A stretch of DNA of 64,000 nt from Gloeobacterales cyanobacterium (lineage in GTDB: Bacteria; Cyanobacteriota; Cyanobacteriia; Gloeobacterales; PMM-0068): contig JBBRSB010000013.1 of the NCBI GenBank assembly GCA_038245785.1, positions 1-64,000 of the forward strand, read 5' to 3'. Every line of letters starts with the position of its first letter. Position 1 is the first letter of the stretch. Shown here piece after piece: positions 8,672 to 17,063 of this stretch. A model generated the notes under the pieces. That model did no database searches and had not been told where the DNA came from. It was given only the letters and a program-made list of their open reading frames with translations. Made by a program: the position numbers and the translations under genes.

Positions 8672-10261
8672 CTAGAACTTAAAAACAGCCTGCAAAGTAC
8701 CCACGGTAATCGTTGGATTGCCGCTGATGTTATAGGGTTGAGAAATGAACTGAAGACGTGGAATCAAGGTGATGCGGTCATTGATATTGAAGCTGTAATA
8801 GGCTTCAATATCAGTCTCTGTTCCACCATCAGCTACAGGACCTGTAAGCCGAACAGGTTGACCAATAGCAAGGCCAAAGGTATTACCAGGTGCAAATAAA
8901 TCAGGTAGCGCAACACCAAATTGCCAAAGGTTTGATGTCTTATTTGGTTGGTCAGGAGTAACTGCTGTGGCAGTACCGTAGCGACCGAACAAACCAAAGC
9001 TTGGAGTGACGGCCCATTCAGCATTTACATTAAAGGAATCTAAACGGGTTGCTGGCCCGGCATTATTTCCATCAAAAGGTAAACCATCAGTCGTTGCTTG
9101 CACACTGTTGCCTGCATACTGTAAGCGGACCGCCGAGCTTTTTGAGGGTTTCACTTCTAGTTCTACGACCTGAGCGCTGTTAGAACCTGTTAGCCCTGAG
9201 AGGCCAGAACCAAAGGACTGACCCCCATTTTGAGCCAAGTAAGCCGCCCGCAAGCTAAACGTATCGTTGATACTCCAATCAAAGCCAAGGCCAGGTGCAG
9301 CGAAGATGGCCGCTACAATCGGGTTATTAACAAAAAAGCCACTACTAAAGTTAACTTCCTCATCATTTGCAAAAGAGTTGGTATCAATAAACTCCAGCAG
9401 GTCAAGACGCGGACCAATAAACACCCGAAAATTATCAGAAAATAAGGTCGTGGAGTACTGAATCTTGTCGAAGTTAACCGTCGCGGTACCATTATCTTGA
9501 ACGTTGGGCGTTGACTGGTCATTGGAGAGGGCTCCGGTGCCCGTTCCAGCAAAAGCAGTAGAGAGGTTTGCGCCAAAAGTGCCTGCAAGTGACGAGCCTG
9601 TTACCCCAGCCATCCGAATGGTCAACAGATCATTACCTGTAAACGTGGTGAGCAAATTGAGCCTTGTTCGTCCAATAAAAGTAGTGTTGGCACTATTGCC
9701 CGGCACAACATTACCACCCGGCAAAGTAACATCACCACCTGCTCCTCCTCCTTGCACTGCAAATACCACAGAGCCATCTAGCTTCGTGGTTGTGGAGAAC
9801 TGTTGAGATTCTAGTTCCTTAGTTTTAGCTTCTAGCGCATCTACGCGGCCTTTAAGGGTAGCTAATTCAGTTTTAAATTCTTCTTGCAAACGCTGCACGG
9901 TGGTCAAGTCATCTTTGGTCGCTAAATTGCTCGTTGCCGCTGCAATTTGCTCACCGACCTTCTCTAAGCAATCATTGAGACCCGCAGCGAATTCATAGCG
10001 GCTGAGAGGACGGTTACCCAAATATTTCTTGCTCGGGTAGCCTTCAATACAACCATAGCGTTCGACTAAAGACTTTAAGGCTTGAAAAGCCCATTGGTTA
10101 GGATCTACGTCCGTAAGTTCTGATACTGAACTTACTTGGCTAACTTGGGGGTTTCTCCCTTGTAATGCACTAACAGAGACATCAGGTGTCGCAAACGCAG
10201 GCAGCACAGTCAGAGCAGATATTCCCAACAGAGAAATAGTAGCAGCTAGAAATTTACGCAT
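8672..10261 (-). CDS. SLH-domain outer-membrane porin (Som/OprB-like iron-uptake porin)
   Basis: SVSELTDVDPNQWAFQALKSLVERYGC SLH motif, coiled coil, FSTTTKL, beta-barrel ending in F; start moved to ATG 10261 behind a GAGGAG RBS. Confidence 0.92.
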   Translation of the reverse strand: MRKFLAATISLLGISALTVLPAFATPDVSVSALQGRNPQVSQVSSVSELTDVDPNQWAFQALKSLVERYGCIEGYPSKKYLGNRPLSRYEFAAGLNDCLEKVGEQIAAATSNLATKDDLTTVQRLQEEFKTELATLKGRVDALEAKTKELESQQFSTTTKLDGSVVFAVQGGGAGGDVTLPGGNVVPGNSANTTFIGRTRLNLLTTFTGNDLLTIRMAGVTGSSLAGTFGANLSTAFAGTGTGALSNDQSTPNVQDNGTATVNFDKIQYSTTLFSDNFRVFIGPRLDLLEFIDTNSFANDEEVNFSSGFFVNNPIVAAIFAAPGLGFDWSINDTFSLRAAYLAQNGGQSFGSGLSGLTGSNSAQVVELEVKPSKSSAVRLQYAGNSVQATTDGLPFDGNNAGPATRLDSFNVNAEWAVTPSFGLFGRYGTATAVTPDQPNKTSNLWQFGVALPDLFAPGNTFGLAIGQPVRLTGPVADGGTETDIEAYYSFNINDRITLIPRLQFISQPYNISGNPTITVGTLQAVFKF

Positions 10262-10273
10262 AGTCCCGTCATT

Positions 10274-10282
10274 CTCCTCACA
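10274..10282 (-). promoter_or_regulatory. TGTGAGGAG RBS / putative Yfr1 sRNA target site
   Basis: Complementary to 9 nt of the Yfr1 core ACUCCUCACAC. Confidence 0.55.
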
Positions 10283-10423
10283 TCGCAGATTTACTTGTAC
10301 AACACCGTTCCCACAGTAGGACCTGTGCTTTAGTACAGGTATGGAAATCACAAAACATGAATTACTCCTCCTCCTTCGCATTGGTCAAACTCTTTTGGAA
10401 AAATCACCACTGATGAGATGTGC

Positions 10424-12049
10424 TTAGAAGGGATAAACGACCCGCAAAGTCCCAATAACCAAAGTGGGGTTATTAGCAATATTGTTGGGTTGAGTAATAA
10501 CTTGGAGGTCTGGTGTCAGGGTTATACCGTTATCTAGCAGAAACTTGTAGTACAGTTCAAAATCTGTTTCATTACCGCTGGGGACTAAGCTCAGGCCGTT
10601 GCGCGTTCCTGATGTGACACGAGCGGGTTGGCCCACGGCTAAGGCTAAAGTATTTCCCGGAGCGAATAGATCGGGTAAAGCTATGCCAACTTGAAAGGTG
10701 TTCGCCAGCAGAGGACTATAGCTATCCGCATTACTGGCTACGGCGGTCGAGGCGGTGCCATAGCGTCCAAAGATGCCTAGGGCTGGGGTAATAAACCATT
10801 CTGCGTTTACGCCAAAAGCATCCCGATGGGAATTGATGATGGTCTCACCGGGCAGACGGGCACCAAAGACAGTATTTTGTTCAGTAGCACTGGAATACTG
10901 TAGGCGAATAGCCGTACTTTCTGAAGGATGAATTTCAAGCTCTGTGAATAACTGGGTACCCCCACCCGTAAGCCCTCCACTCCCGAATCCAAAAGACTGT
11001 CCTCCTTCTGCTGCCGAGTATACGACCCGAAAAGTAAGATTGTCTGCGAAGTCATAGGTGAAGGAAGCGCCCGGAGCCGCACCGACAGTGAATAGAAGGG
11101 GATTGTTTGTAAACACTGAACTAGAAAAATCTCGCGACCCTTCTTCTCCAGAAAAGCTATTTTTGTCAACATAATCGATGGCCTCTACCGCAGGGCCTAT
11201 AAAGTAGCGGAAATTGTCCCCAATCTTACCGCTATAAACTAATCTGTCTATCTCAGGAGAACCTAGCCCATTGGTTGGCCCCCCGGAATAAGCGAGCCCG
11301 CCTGCACCTCCAAAAACGTCTGAACTCGCGGTCCCTGAAGTGGCTGCTAAACGGATAAATAGAAAGTCACCATCTGGGAAAACGGACGTGAGGGAAAGAC
11401 GAGTCCGTGATACGACCGTGGCGTTAGCGGCTTTGCCATCAACTTCATCTCCCGCGCCGCCAGCTCCTACGGCATCTCCAAAAGCCCCCACACTAAATTC
11501 ATTCGGATTTGTGATAGTACCGCCAGAGCCTCCTCCTGTAGCCGCAAAGAGGGCTGTGCCCGTGAGTTTAACGATGGGGGAGAAGTTGCGCTGCTCCAGT
11601 TCTCTAGTCCTAGCTTCTAAAACATCTGTTTGACCGCGCAGAGTTGCCAACTCAGCCCTAAACTCTTCCTGCATGCGCTGCACCGTCGCTAGGTCCTCTT
11701 TGCGGGCAAGAGAATTCGTGGACGCAGCAATTTGTTCACCCACTTTATCTAGACAAGCGTTCAAACCTGCTGCGAGTTCATAGCGACTTAGGGGGCGATT
11801 CCCCAGATACTTCTTACTTGGATATCCTTCAACACAGCCATAGCGCTCCACCAGGGACTTCAACGCTTGAAAAGCCCAACTATTCGGGTTCACATCTGTC
11901 AATTCTGAAACAGAGCTTACCTGACTGATGGAAGCATGGTCGTTTCCTAACAAATTAGATACGGAAGTATCTGGCAGTGCAGCAACAGGCAAGACCGCTG
12001 TACTCGACAAATAGGCCATAGCTGCGGCTAAAGGCCAAGGCTTAACCAT
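10424..12049 (-). CDS. Second SLH-domain outer-membrane porin
   Basis: Same SLH/coiled-coil N-terminus as 8672-10261; barrel ending in YPF. Confidence 0.92.
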   Translation of the reverse strand: MVKPWPLAAAMAYLSSTAVLPVAALPDTSVSNLLGNDHASISQVSSVSELTDVNPNSWAFQALKSLVERYGCVEGYPSKKYLGNRPLSRYELAAGLNACLDKVGEQIAASTNSLARKEDLATVQRMQEEFRAELATLRGQTDVLEARTRELEQRNFSPIVKLTGTALFAATGGGSGGTITNPNEFSVGAFGDAVGAGGAGDEVDGKAANATVVSRTRLSLTSVFPDGDFLFIRLAATSGTASSDVFGGAGGLAYSGGPTNGLGSPEIDRLVYSGKIGDNFRYFIGPAVEAIDYVDKNSFSGEEGSRDFSSSVFTNNPLLFTVGAAPGASFTYDFADNLTFRVVYSAAEGGQSFGFGSGGLTGGGTQLFTELEIHPSESTAIRLQYSSATEQNTVFGARLPGETIINSHRDAFGVNAEWFITPALGIFGRYGTASTAVASNADSYSPLLANTFQVGIALPDLFAPGNTLALAVGQPARVTSGTRNGLSLVPSGNETDFELYYKFLLDNGITLTPDLQVITQPNNIANNPTLVIGTLRVVYPF

Positions 12050-12057
12050 GATCTTTT

Positions 12058-12067
12058 CTCCTCACAC
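12058..12067 (-). promoter_or_regulatory. GTGTGAGGAG RBS / putative Yfr1 sRNA target site
   Basis: Complementary to 10 of 11 nt of the Yfr1 core, 8 nt upstream of the ATG. Confidence 0.6.
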
Positions 12068-12251
12068 GTAATAAAAATGCAGTAATAGGTAGGGTCACGA
12101 TGCTCGATAAGCAGGTTGAAACTGCGGCTACAAGCCAAAGCTTAGCCATAGTCTTTTTCCTCAAGATTATTAATAGAGCTAGGACTCCCCCAGTAATCCT
12201 AAAGAGCAAAAAACGACAACTCAGTTTGAAGGTATAAAACCGAGGAGAGAA

Positions 12252-12512
12252 CTACTTATTGGTCTCGCCCACGGTGATTAAGTTCTTAATAGCCTCGAAC
12301 TCTGCAGGACTGATAGCTTTCTTGGTCACTAAGTCTTCTGGCTGCTGGTAAGGGCGCGCCCCCTGAATCCGTTCAGAAAACAAGGCCCCAGTCCCTCTTA
12401 CCTCTAACGTATCAAGGACTGTAATCGGCGCTTTATTGATATTTACTTTTTCTCTAGCCAGTACAGGTACAGCCAAGACTAAGACGAGCAGTAGAGCAGA
12501 CCAGTATTTCAC
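12252..12512 (-). CDS. Small secreted helix-hairpin-helix (ComEA/PsbU-like) protein
   Basis: Signal peptide followed by KVNINKA...RPYQQPEDLV HhH pattern. Confidence 0.75.
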   Translation of the reverse strand: MKYWSALLLVLVLAVPVLAREKVNINKAPITVLDTLEVRGTGALFSERIQGARPYQQPEDLVTKKAISPAEFEAIKNLITVGETNK

Positions 12513-12545
12513 AAGAAACTCCTTTAGTTTATTTAGTTACAAGAT

Positions 12546-13400
12546 TCAGAGATTGCCTACAGGAGGCTTTGTTGCAAACGCTACTTTTGGGAAAATGGCC
12601 CGCAAATATAAAGTCCCCACGCTGAGTAGATAGCCCAACCAAACCAGGAACTGGAGGAGGCGGGGCTGGTCCGTATATCCAAAAAGCGCATTGAACATCA
12701 CACCTGGAAATATTCCTTCGGATAGGTTTGCAGATAAGTCCCAAAGTATAGGTCCAAGATTCCATTCAAAAGCAGAACCCAAAAGACCCAAAGCAGTGGA
12801 AAGCAGACCAGCAACGATCAGTAAAAGTAAAGAGCCCAGAGCTGCGAAGAACGTACGGATATTTATTCTGGCTCCAAGGCCAAACAGGGCATAACCAATG
12901 GCACTCGCCAGCAGAAGACCGACGAAGGCGCCGATCAAGGGAGGCAAAGCGCCAGACTGGAATTGTGCTCCGAGGAAGAGAACTACTTCGATACCTTCTC
13001 TCAGAACCGCTACTCCAACCAGGGTCGCTATGCCCAAACCAGCTCTCTCTGGATTTGTAATAGATTGCTGCACCGCTTCCTGAATCTCTTTTTTCAAGAA
13101 CCGGGAACGCTGAGTCATCCACAGCAGCATCCAACTGAGCATGGCGACGGCTAATAGAGCAAAGCTGGCTTCCGTGACCAGATACAAGGGGCCTCGAAAC
13201 CCACCCAGCAACGTCTCGGCCAGCCAGCCTAAAAGACCACTGCTCAGCAATCCGCCCAAGACGCCGATCCATACCCATTTGAGGAGATTGACCTGTTGAG
13301 CCTTCACTAAATAGGCCGCAACAATTCCCACTACCAGCGCAGCTTCCACTCCTTCCCGGAGCGTGATGAACATCACCGGAAGGGCAAAGGACCAATCCAT
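12546..13400 (-). CDS. FTR1/EfeU-family iron permease
   Basis: Two REGxE motifs (LREGVEA, LREGIEV), about 7 TMs; ATG at 13400 behind GGAGG. Confidence 0.92.
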   Translation of the reverse strand: MDWSFALPVMFITLREGVEAALVVGIVAAYLVKAQQVNLLKWVWIGVLGGLLSSGLLGWLAETLLGGFRGPLYLVTEASFALLAVAMLSWMLLWMTQRSRFLKKEIQEAVQQSITNPERAGLGIATLVGVAVLREGIEVVLFLGAQFQSGALPPLIGAFVGLLLASAIGYALFGLGARINIRTFFAALGSLLLLIVAGLLSTALGLLGSAFEWNLGPILWDLSANLSEGIFPGVMFNALFGYTDQPRLLQFLVWLGYLLSVGTLYLRAIFPKVAFATKPPVGNL

Positions 13401-13415
13401 GTTGCCTCCAAACTC

Positions 13416-13432
13416 TTGAGAATTACTCTCAA
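13416..13432. promoter_or_regulatory. Fur-like box TTGAGAATTACTCTCAA
   Basis: 7-1-7 near-palindrome 16 nt upstream of the FTR1 start. Confidence 0.7.
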
Positions 13433-13480
13433 CAAAAGTTGTCGAAATCATAGTAAACATACTCAGGGATATCGTGTCAA

Positions 13481-13497
13481 GTAGAAATTATTCTCAA
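13481..13497. promoter_or_regulatory. Second Fur-like box abutting a minus-strand TTGACA (13475-13480)
   Basis: Minus strand reads TTGAGAATAATTTCTAC. Confidence 0.6.
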
Positions 13498-13600
13498 GAA
13501 GAAAAATATGTTTCACTAAATCTGTGCTTTATTCCCTCTGTCTGGCGCTATTCTCTTAGAATTCTAAATTATGAAGATAGAGTACTAACCTCTGCATTAC

Positions 13601-13615
13601 TGAGAATAACTTTCA
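13601..13615. promoter_or_regulatory. Third Fur-like box TGAGAATAACTTTCA
   Basis: Same TGAGAAT half-site as the other two boxes. Confidence 0.45.
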
Positions 13616-13635
13616 ATAAATTTAAAAAGACTGCC

Positions 13636-14568
13636 CTAAGATAGTGCCTCTTGAAGGACAGTCAAATTTCCCCGCATCACCTTGAAGTAATAGTCTGGAT
13701 CTAAGGTGCCATTTTCCAAAGAGTCTATAGTCTTGACTTGGATATTCAAATCTTGGGAAAGGGTGGTGAACAGTTTATTGTCCACACCTGGTTCGGATAG
13801 AAGTGCATTGACTTTATATTTTTTGACAGCCTGCACTGTTTTTCTTACATCTTCTGGAGTCAGCTCATCTTCAGGAATAGCAATAATAGCGAGCTGCTTG
13901 AGGTCGTAACGATCGGCTAAGTAAGAAAAGGCATCATGAAAGGTTATAAATTCTTTTTTGCGCACAGAAGCTAATGACTTTTTGAATTCTTCATCTAATG
14001 TTCGTAGTTTACTGATATAGGCATTTGCATTGCTTCTATAGGTGTCACTATTGCCTGGATCAACTTCTGACAGAGCATCTTGTATATTTTCAACCTGCTG
14101 TTGAACCCGCACGGGATCCAGCCAAATATGAGGATCAGAGGGTTCCTTTTTCTCTAATTTTGCAATTGGAACCAAGGACCCTACCTGTCCTAATATCTTT
14201 ACTCCTTGACTAGAGTTGATGACCTTGAGCTTCTTATTCTCAGAGCTAGATACGAGCCCATCTACAAAATCATCTAGACCAAGGCCGTTTTTAATCAGTA
14301 ATTTAGCCTTCGCCAATTTTTTCAAATCTTCAGGTTTCGTCTGATAATCATGAACTTCACTGCCTGGTGGGATTAAAATTTCAACCTGAGCTTTGTCTCC
14401 AGCGACAGCTTTTGTGAATTCATAAATCGGTACAAAAGTCGCTACTACGGTAAGTGTTGGTTGTGCCCCCTTAGTGATTGGATTTACGGGGGCAGAAGAA
14501 GCACAAGCTACCAAAATCCATGGGAGAATCCCTGCCAGTAAAACCTTTAACCCGTTACGCAATTCCAC
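13636..14568 (-). CDS. Zn/Mn ABC transporter substrate-binding lipoprotein (ZnuA-like)
   Basis: Lipobox LVAC; EVHDY, DPHIWLDP and FHDAFSY metal-ligand motifs. Confidence 0.9.
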   Translation of the reverse strand: MELRNGLKVLLAGILPWILVACASSAPVNPITKGAQPTLTVVATFVPIYEFTKAVAGDKAQVEILIPPGSEVHDYQTKPEDLKKLAKAKLLIKNGLGLDDFVDGLVSSSENKKLKVINSSQGVKILGQVGSLVPIAKLEKKEPSDPHIWLDPVRVQQQVENIQDALSEVDPGNSDTYRSNANAYISKLRTLDEEFKKSLASVRKKEFITFHDAFSYLADRYDLKQLAIIAIPEDELTPEDVRKTVQAVKKYKVNALLSEPGVDNKLFTTLSQDLNIQVKTIDSLENGTLDPDYYFKVMRGNLTVLQEALS

Positions 14569-14592
14569 AACTCTTTAAGATATAGTAACCTA

Positions 14593-14613
14593 AAATGATA
14601 ATGGTTATCATTT
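14593..14613. promoter_or_regulatory. Zur box AAATGATAATGGTTATCATTT
   Basis: Matches the cyanobacterial Zur 7-1-7 TGATAATnATTATCA with one mismatch; 25 nt upstream of the ZnuA-like start, next to a TACTAT -10. Confidence 0.75.
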
Positions 14614-14619
14614 CCGTCG

Positions 14620-15231
14620 TCAATCCATAATAGGCTTTGCACAAAAGGCAAGTGATAGAACGAGCTGACGCCGATGACGCTTGATAATTCCTTCCCGCGC
14701 GAACAGTTTGAGCAGTCTAGTTATGGTTATGCGCGTAGTGCCAATAGTGACAGCTATCGCTTCATGGGTCAAAGGGAGGTCTAGAAATAACCCTTCATCT
14801 GTTCTCTGTCCAAATTTTCTAGCTAAATAGCCTAAAAAATGCAATAAACGCTGATTTATTCGGTCATGACGAGCGATACTTAGTATTTCTTCATTTTCTC
14901 GTTTACTAGACAAGATTGCATCTAATACATAGGGCCAAGAAGAAGATGGAATCAAACTCGTTTGTACGTCCGTTAAGCACTCCATGCGGTAGGGATCGAG
15001 TTGAGACAGTGGTCGGCCAACGAGTTCTCCCGGTCCCCAGTATCCCAGTGTAATCAGCGTCCCTGCTTCGTTCCAGGTCATGGTCCTAACCACGCCCCGC
15101 TCAATTCGCCACAAAGTATCCTGCCGGAGGGGCAAGGAACAAGTGCGATTGAACATTCGTTGGATTAGATTATCGGAAACTGTGGGATGGAGCGTTGTTG
15201 CCATAGGTCTTTTCGTAAGCATCGTCATCAC
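14620..15231 (-). CDS. cysR: Crp/Fnr-family transcriptional regulator, CysR-like
   Basis: LWRIERGVVRTMTW...LGYWGPG pattern and LTHEAIA.TIGTTRITITRLL HTH. Confidence 0.7.
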   Translation of the reverse strand: MMTMLTKRPMATTLHPTVSDNLIQRMFNRTCSLPLRQDTLWRIERGVVRTMTWNEAGTLITLGYWGPGELVGRPLSQLDPYRMECLTDVQTSLIPSSSWPYVLDAILSSKRENEEILSIARHDRINQRLLHFLGYLARKFGQRTDEGLFLDLPLTHEAIAVTIGTTRITITRLLKLFAREGIIKRHRRQLVLSLAFCAKPIMD

Positions 15232-15488
15232 CGGGCTACATGGAACTGAAATCTTTTGTTGCTGCTGTTGCGAACCGTTTTAAGCAGTACGTTGTTCGCT
15301 TACCCCCATTACCTGACGGGGAGAAACGGTCATTGTTTCATGGCACTCATAATCTAGGGTGATCAGGGCTGTGCCTACGGCTTCTAAAGCGCTCTGGCCA
15401 ACGGTTTAGCCACAAGGGAAAATCTAGAGGTAATTAAAGACAACCCATCGCTGCTGCTACATTGGTTGAGATCCCTTGCTGCCTTGCT

Positions 15489-15881
15489 ATGACTGACGCC
15501 ATCCTGGATACCCTCAAACAAGCGACCGAGGGACTGCTGTACACCAGCGAATCGGATTATCCGTTTGATGTCTTCTCATGGCAGACCGATACGCTGACGC
15601 CTAAAAAAGTTCTCATGGAGACAAAACATCCAAAGAATACCCCTGTCCAGGTTGGTGACTTTGAGCAATTCTTTGCCCAAGTGACCCAGGAAAAAGATTG
15701 GTACGGACCGGAAGAAAAGAAAACCGTCGCCCGATATAAGGAATTGGTAGAAATGCTTCAAACCACTCTCAGTGATATTCAGGTTTATCGAGTAGGAAAG
15801 ATAGAACTAGAGGTCTACATCGTTGGTAAAACCCCAGAAGGTTCCTTTACAGGAATTTCTACAAAAGTTGTGGAAACTTAG
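15489..15881 (+). CDS. nuiA: Nuclease A inhibitor NuiA
   Basis: GLLYTSESDYPF and C-terminal GISTKVVET motifs; convergent with the nuclease gene; ATG at 15489. Confidence 0.9.
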   Translation: MTDAILDTLKQATEGLLYTSESDYPFDVFSWQTDTLTPKKVLMETKHPKNTPVQVGDFEQFFAQVTQEKDWYGPEEKKTVARYKELVEMLQTTLSDIQVYRVGKIELEVYIVGKTPEGSFTGISTKVVET

Positions 15882-16885
15882 GGCCTATCCACTTTGCTTT
15901 CAATCACTTGCTGGACTTTCGCAGGAACGTTAGACAGAAGGTTGTAGCCCGTAGCACGCTCTATCTGCTTTACCGTTGTGTGGTATTCGGTCCAATCTGT
16001 TTCTTTAATACCCTCCTCATTGGGCATATCTACTGCAATCACCCGCGTATTGCTGGTAACCCCACCCAGACCCAAGCCTAGGCGCTCTAGAACGACGATC
16101 ACTTTCCAGTTGCGGGCAGGAATGCTGATTTTTCCATCTGCCAGGGTCCCCTTCTGACCGATCACCCCCGCGATGATATAAAGTTCTTTCCCTTCAGCGA
16201 CCAATTGACGGGAATAGCTTTCCAGCTTTTCCCAAGGCCCACGATTCAGGTCCGGAGCCTGTGGAATCATATTTGACATCAAAAATGTGGCTGAATTGTC
16301 TGCTGCCGTTCGATTCCTATCTCCTGAAGGAGCCTGATGACCTCGGTCGTAGCCACTACCTGAGTAATCAGAGGGAACCACATGATAAAAATTTTGGGGC
16401 AGCGATTCATCGGGTCGAAAATCATTTTGACGGTCCACGGAACCGAGCCAGCTTTGATTGAGTTGCCAGGATACCCAGTTGGGAATTCCTTTTGCCGCAT
16501 TGTAGGAAAGAGCATACTGGGGCTTGCTCATCAAATAGTTATTGGGCTGGGTAGCAGCTTGGCTAGGGTTGCCCATCATCAGTTCAACTTGTGCAGCATC
16601 CGCAGAAGAGAGGATGCTGCCTGCGGAAGGAGACACAGCCTGACGTTCAGATCTAGCTTTTCTGGAACGCTTATGCTTCTTGTCCTTTAAAACGTAGGCA
16701 TTCCAAGTTTTCTCACAGGCATAGCCATCTCCATTGCCATCAAGATAGGTAGCTCCGGCCTGGTAAGCATCAACAACTTGCTGCGCCGTGGTGAAATCAG
16801 AGCATTTATAGCGTGGACTAGCACAAGATTGCAGCGCAAATAAGAGTGCTACGGAGCAACCAGCTAAAGCTAGGAAGTGTCTCAC
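15878..16885 (-). CDS. nucA: Sugar-non-specific endonuclease NucA with lipobox and N-terminal excalibur Ca-binding domain
   Basis: YDRGH active site, TFLMSNMIPQ, NRGPW; CSDF...LDGNGDGYACE excalibur motif. Confidence 0.9.
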   Translation of the reverse strand: MRHFLALAGCSVALLFALQSCASPRYKCSDFTTAQQVVDAYQAGATYLDGNGDGYACEKTWNAYVLKDKKHKRSRKARSERQAVSPSAGSILSSADAAQVELMMGNPSQAATQPNNYLMSKPQYALSYNAAKGIPNWVSWQLNQSWLGSVDRQNDFRPDESLPQNFYHVVPSDYSGSGYDRGHQAPSGDRNRTAADNSATFLMSNMIPQAPDLNRGPWEKLESYSRQLVAEGKELYIIAGVIGQKGTLADGKISIPARNWKVIVVLERLGLGLGGVTSNTRVIAVDMPNEEGIKETDWTEYHTTVKQIERATGYNLLSNVPAKVQQVIESKVDRP

Positions 16886-17063
16886 GAAAGGTCTGATTCC
16901 AAGAATGCACCATCAGTATCTCAGACAGAGAGAATAGTTCACATTTTTAAGACACTGCAAAGCCCGACAACAAATATACAAGCCACTGACAACGGCTCGG
17001 TATTGATCCGAGATTTAATTCGAATTAGGTCTGTTGGCTATGAAGTAGTTTTCACGGGGTTAT

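Noticed and set aside
10262..10381. N-terminal extension of the porin in the ORF track
   Set aside because: Signal peptide and RBS indicate a start at 10261
12766..13395. 209-aa alternative-frame ORF
   Set aside because: Lies inside FTR1 on the same strand with no recognisable motif
15230..15330. Possible tmRNA (minus-strand GCGAACAAC reads ANN...)
   Set aside because: Peptide does not end in an Ala-rich tag and no tRNA-like ends are present
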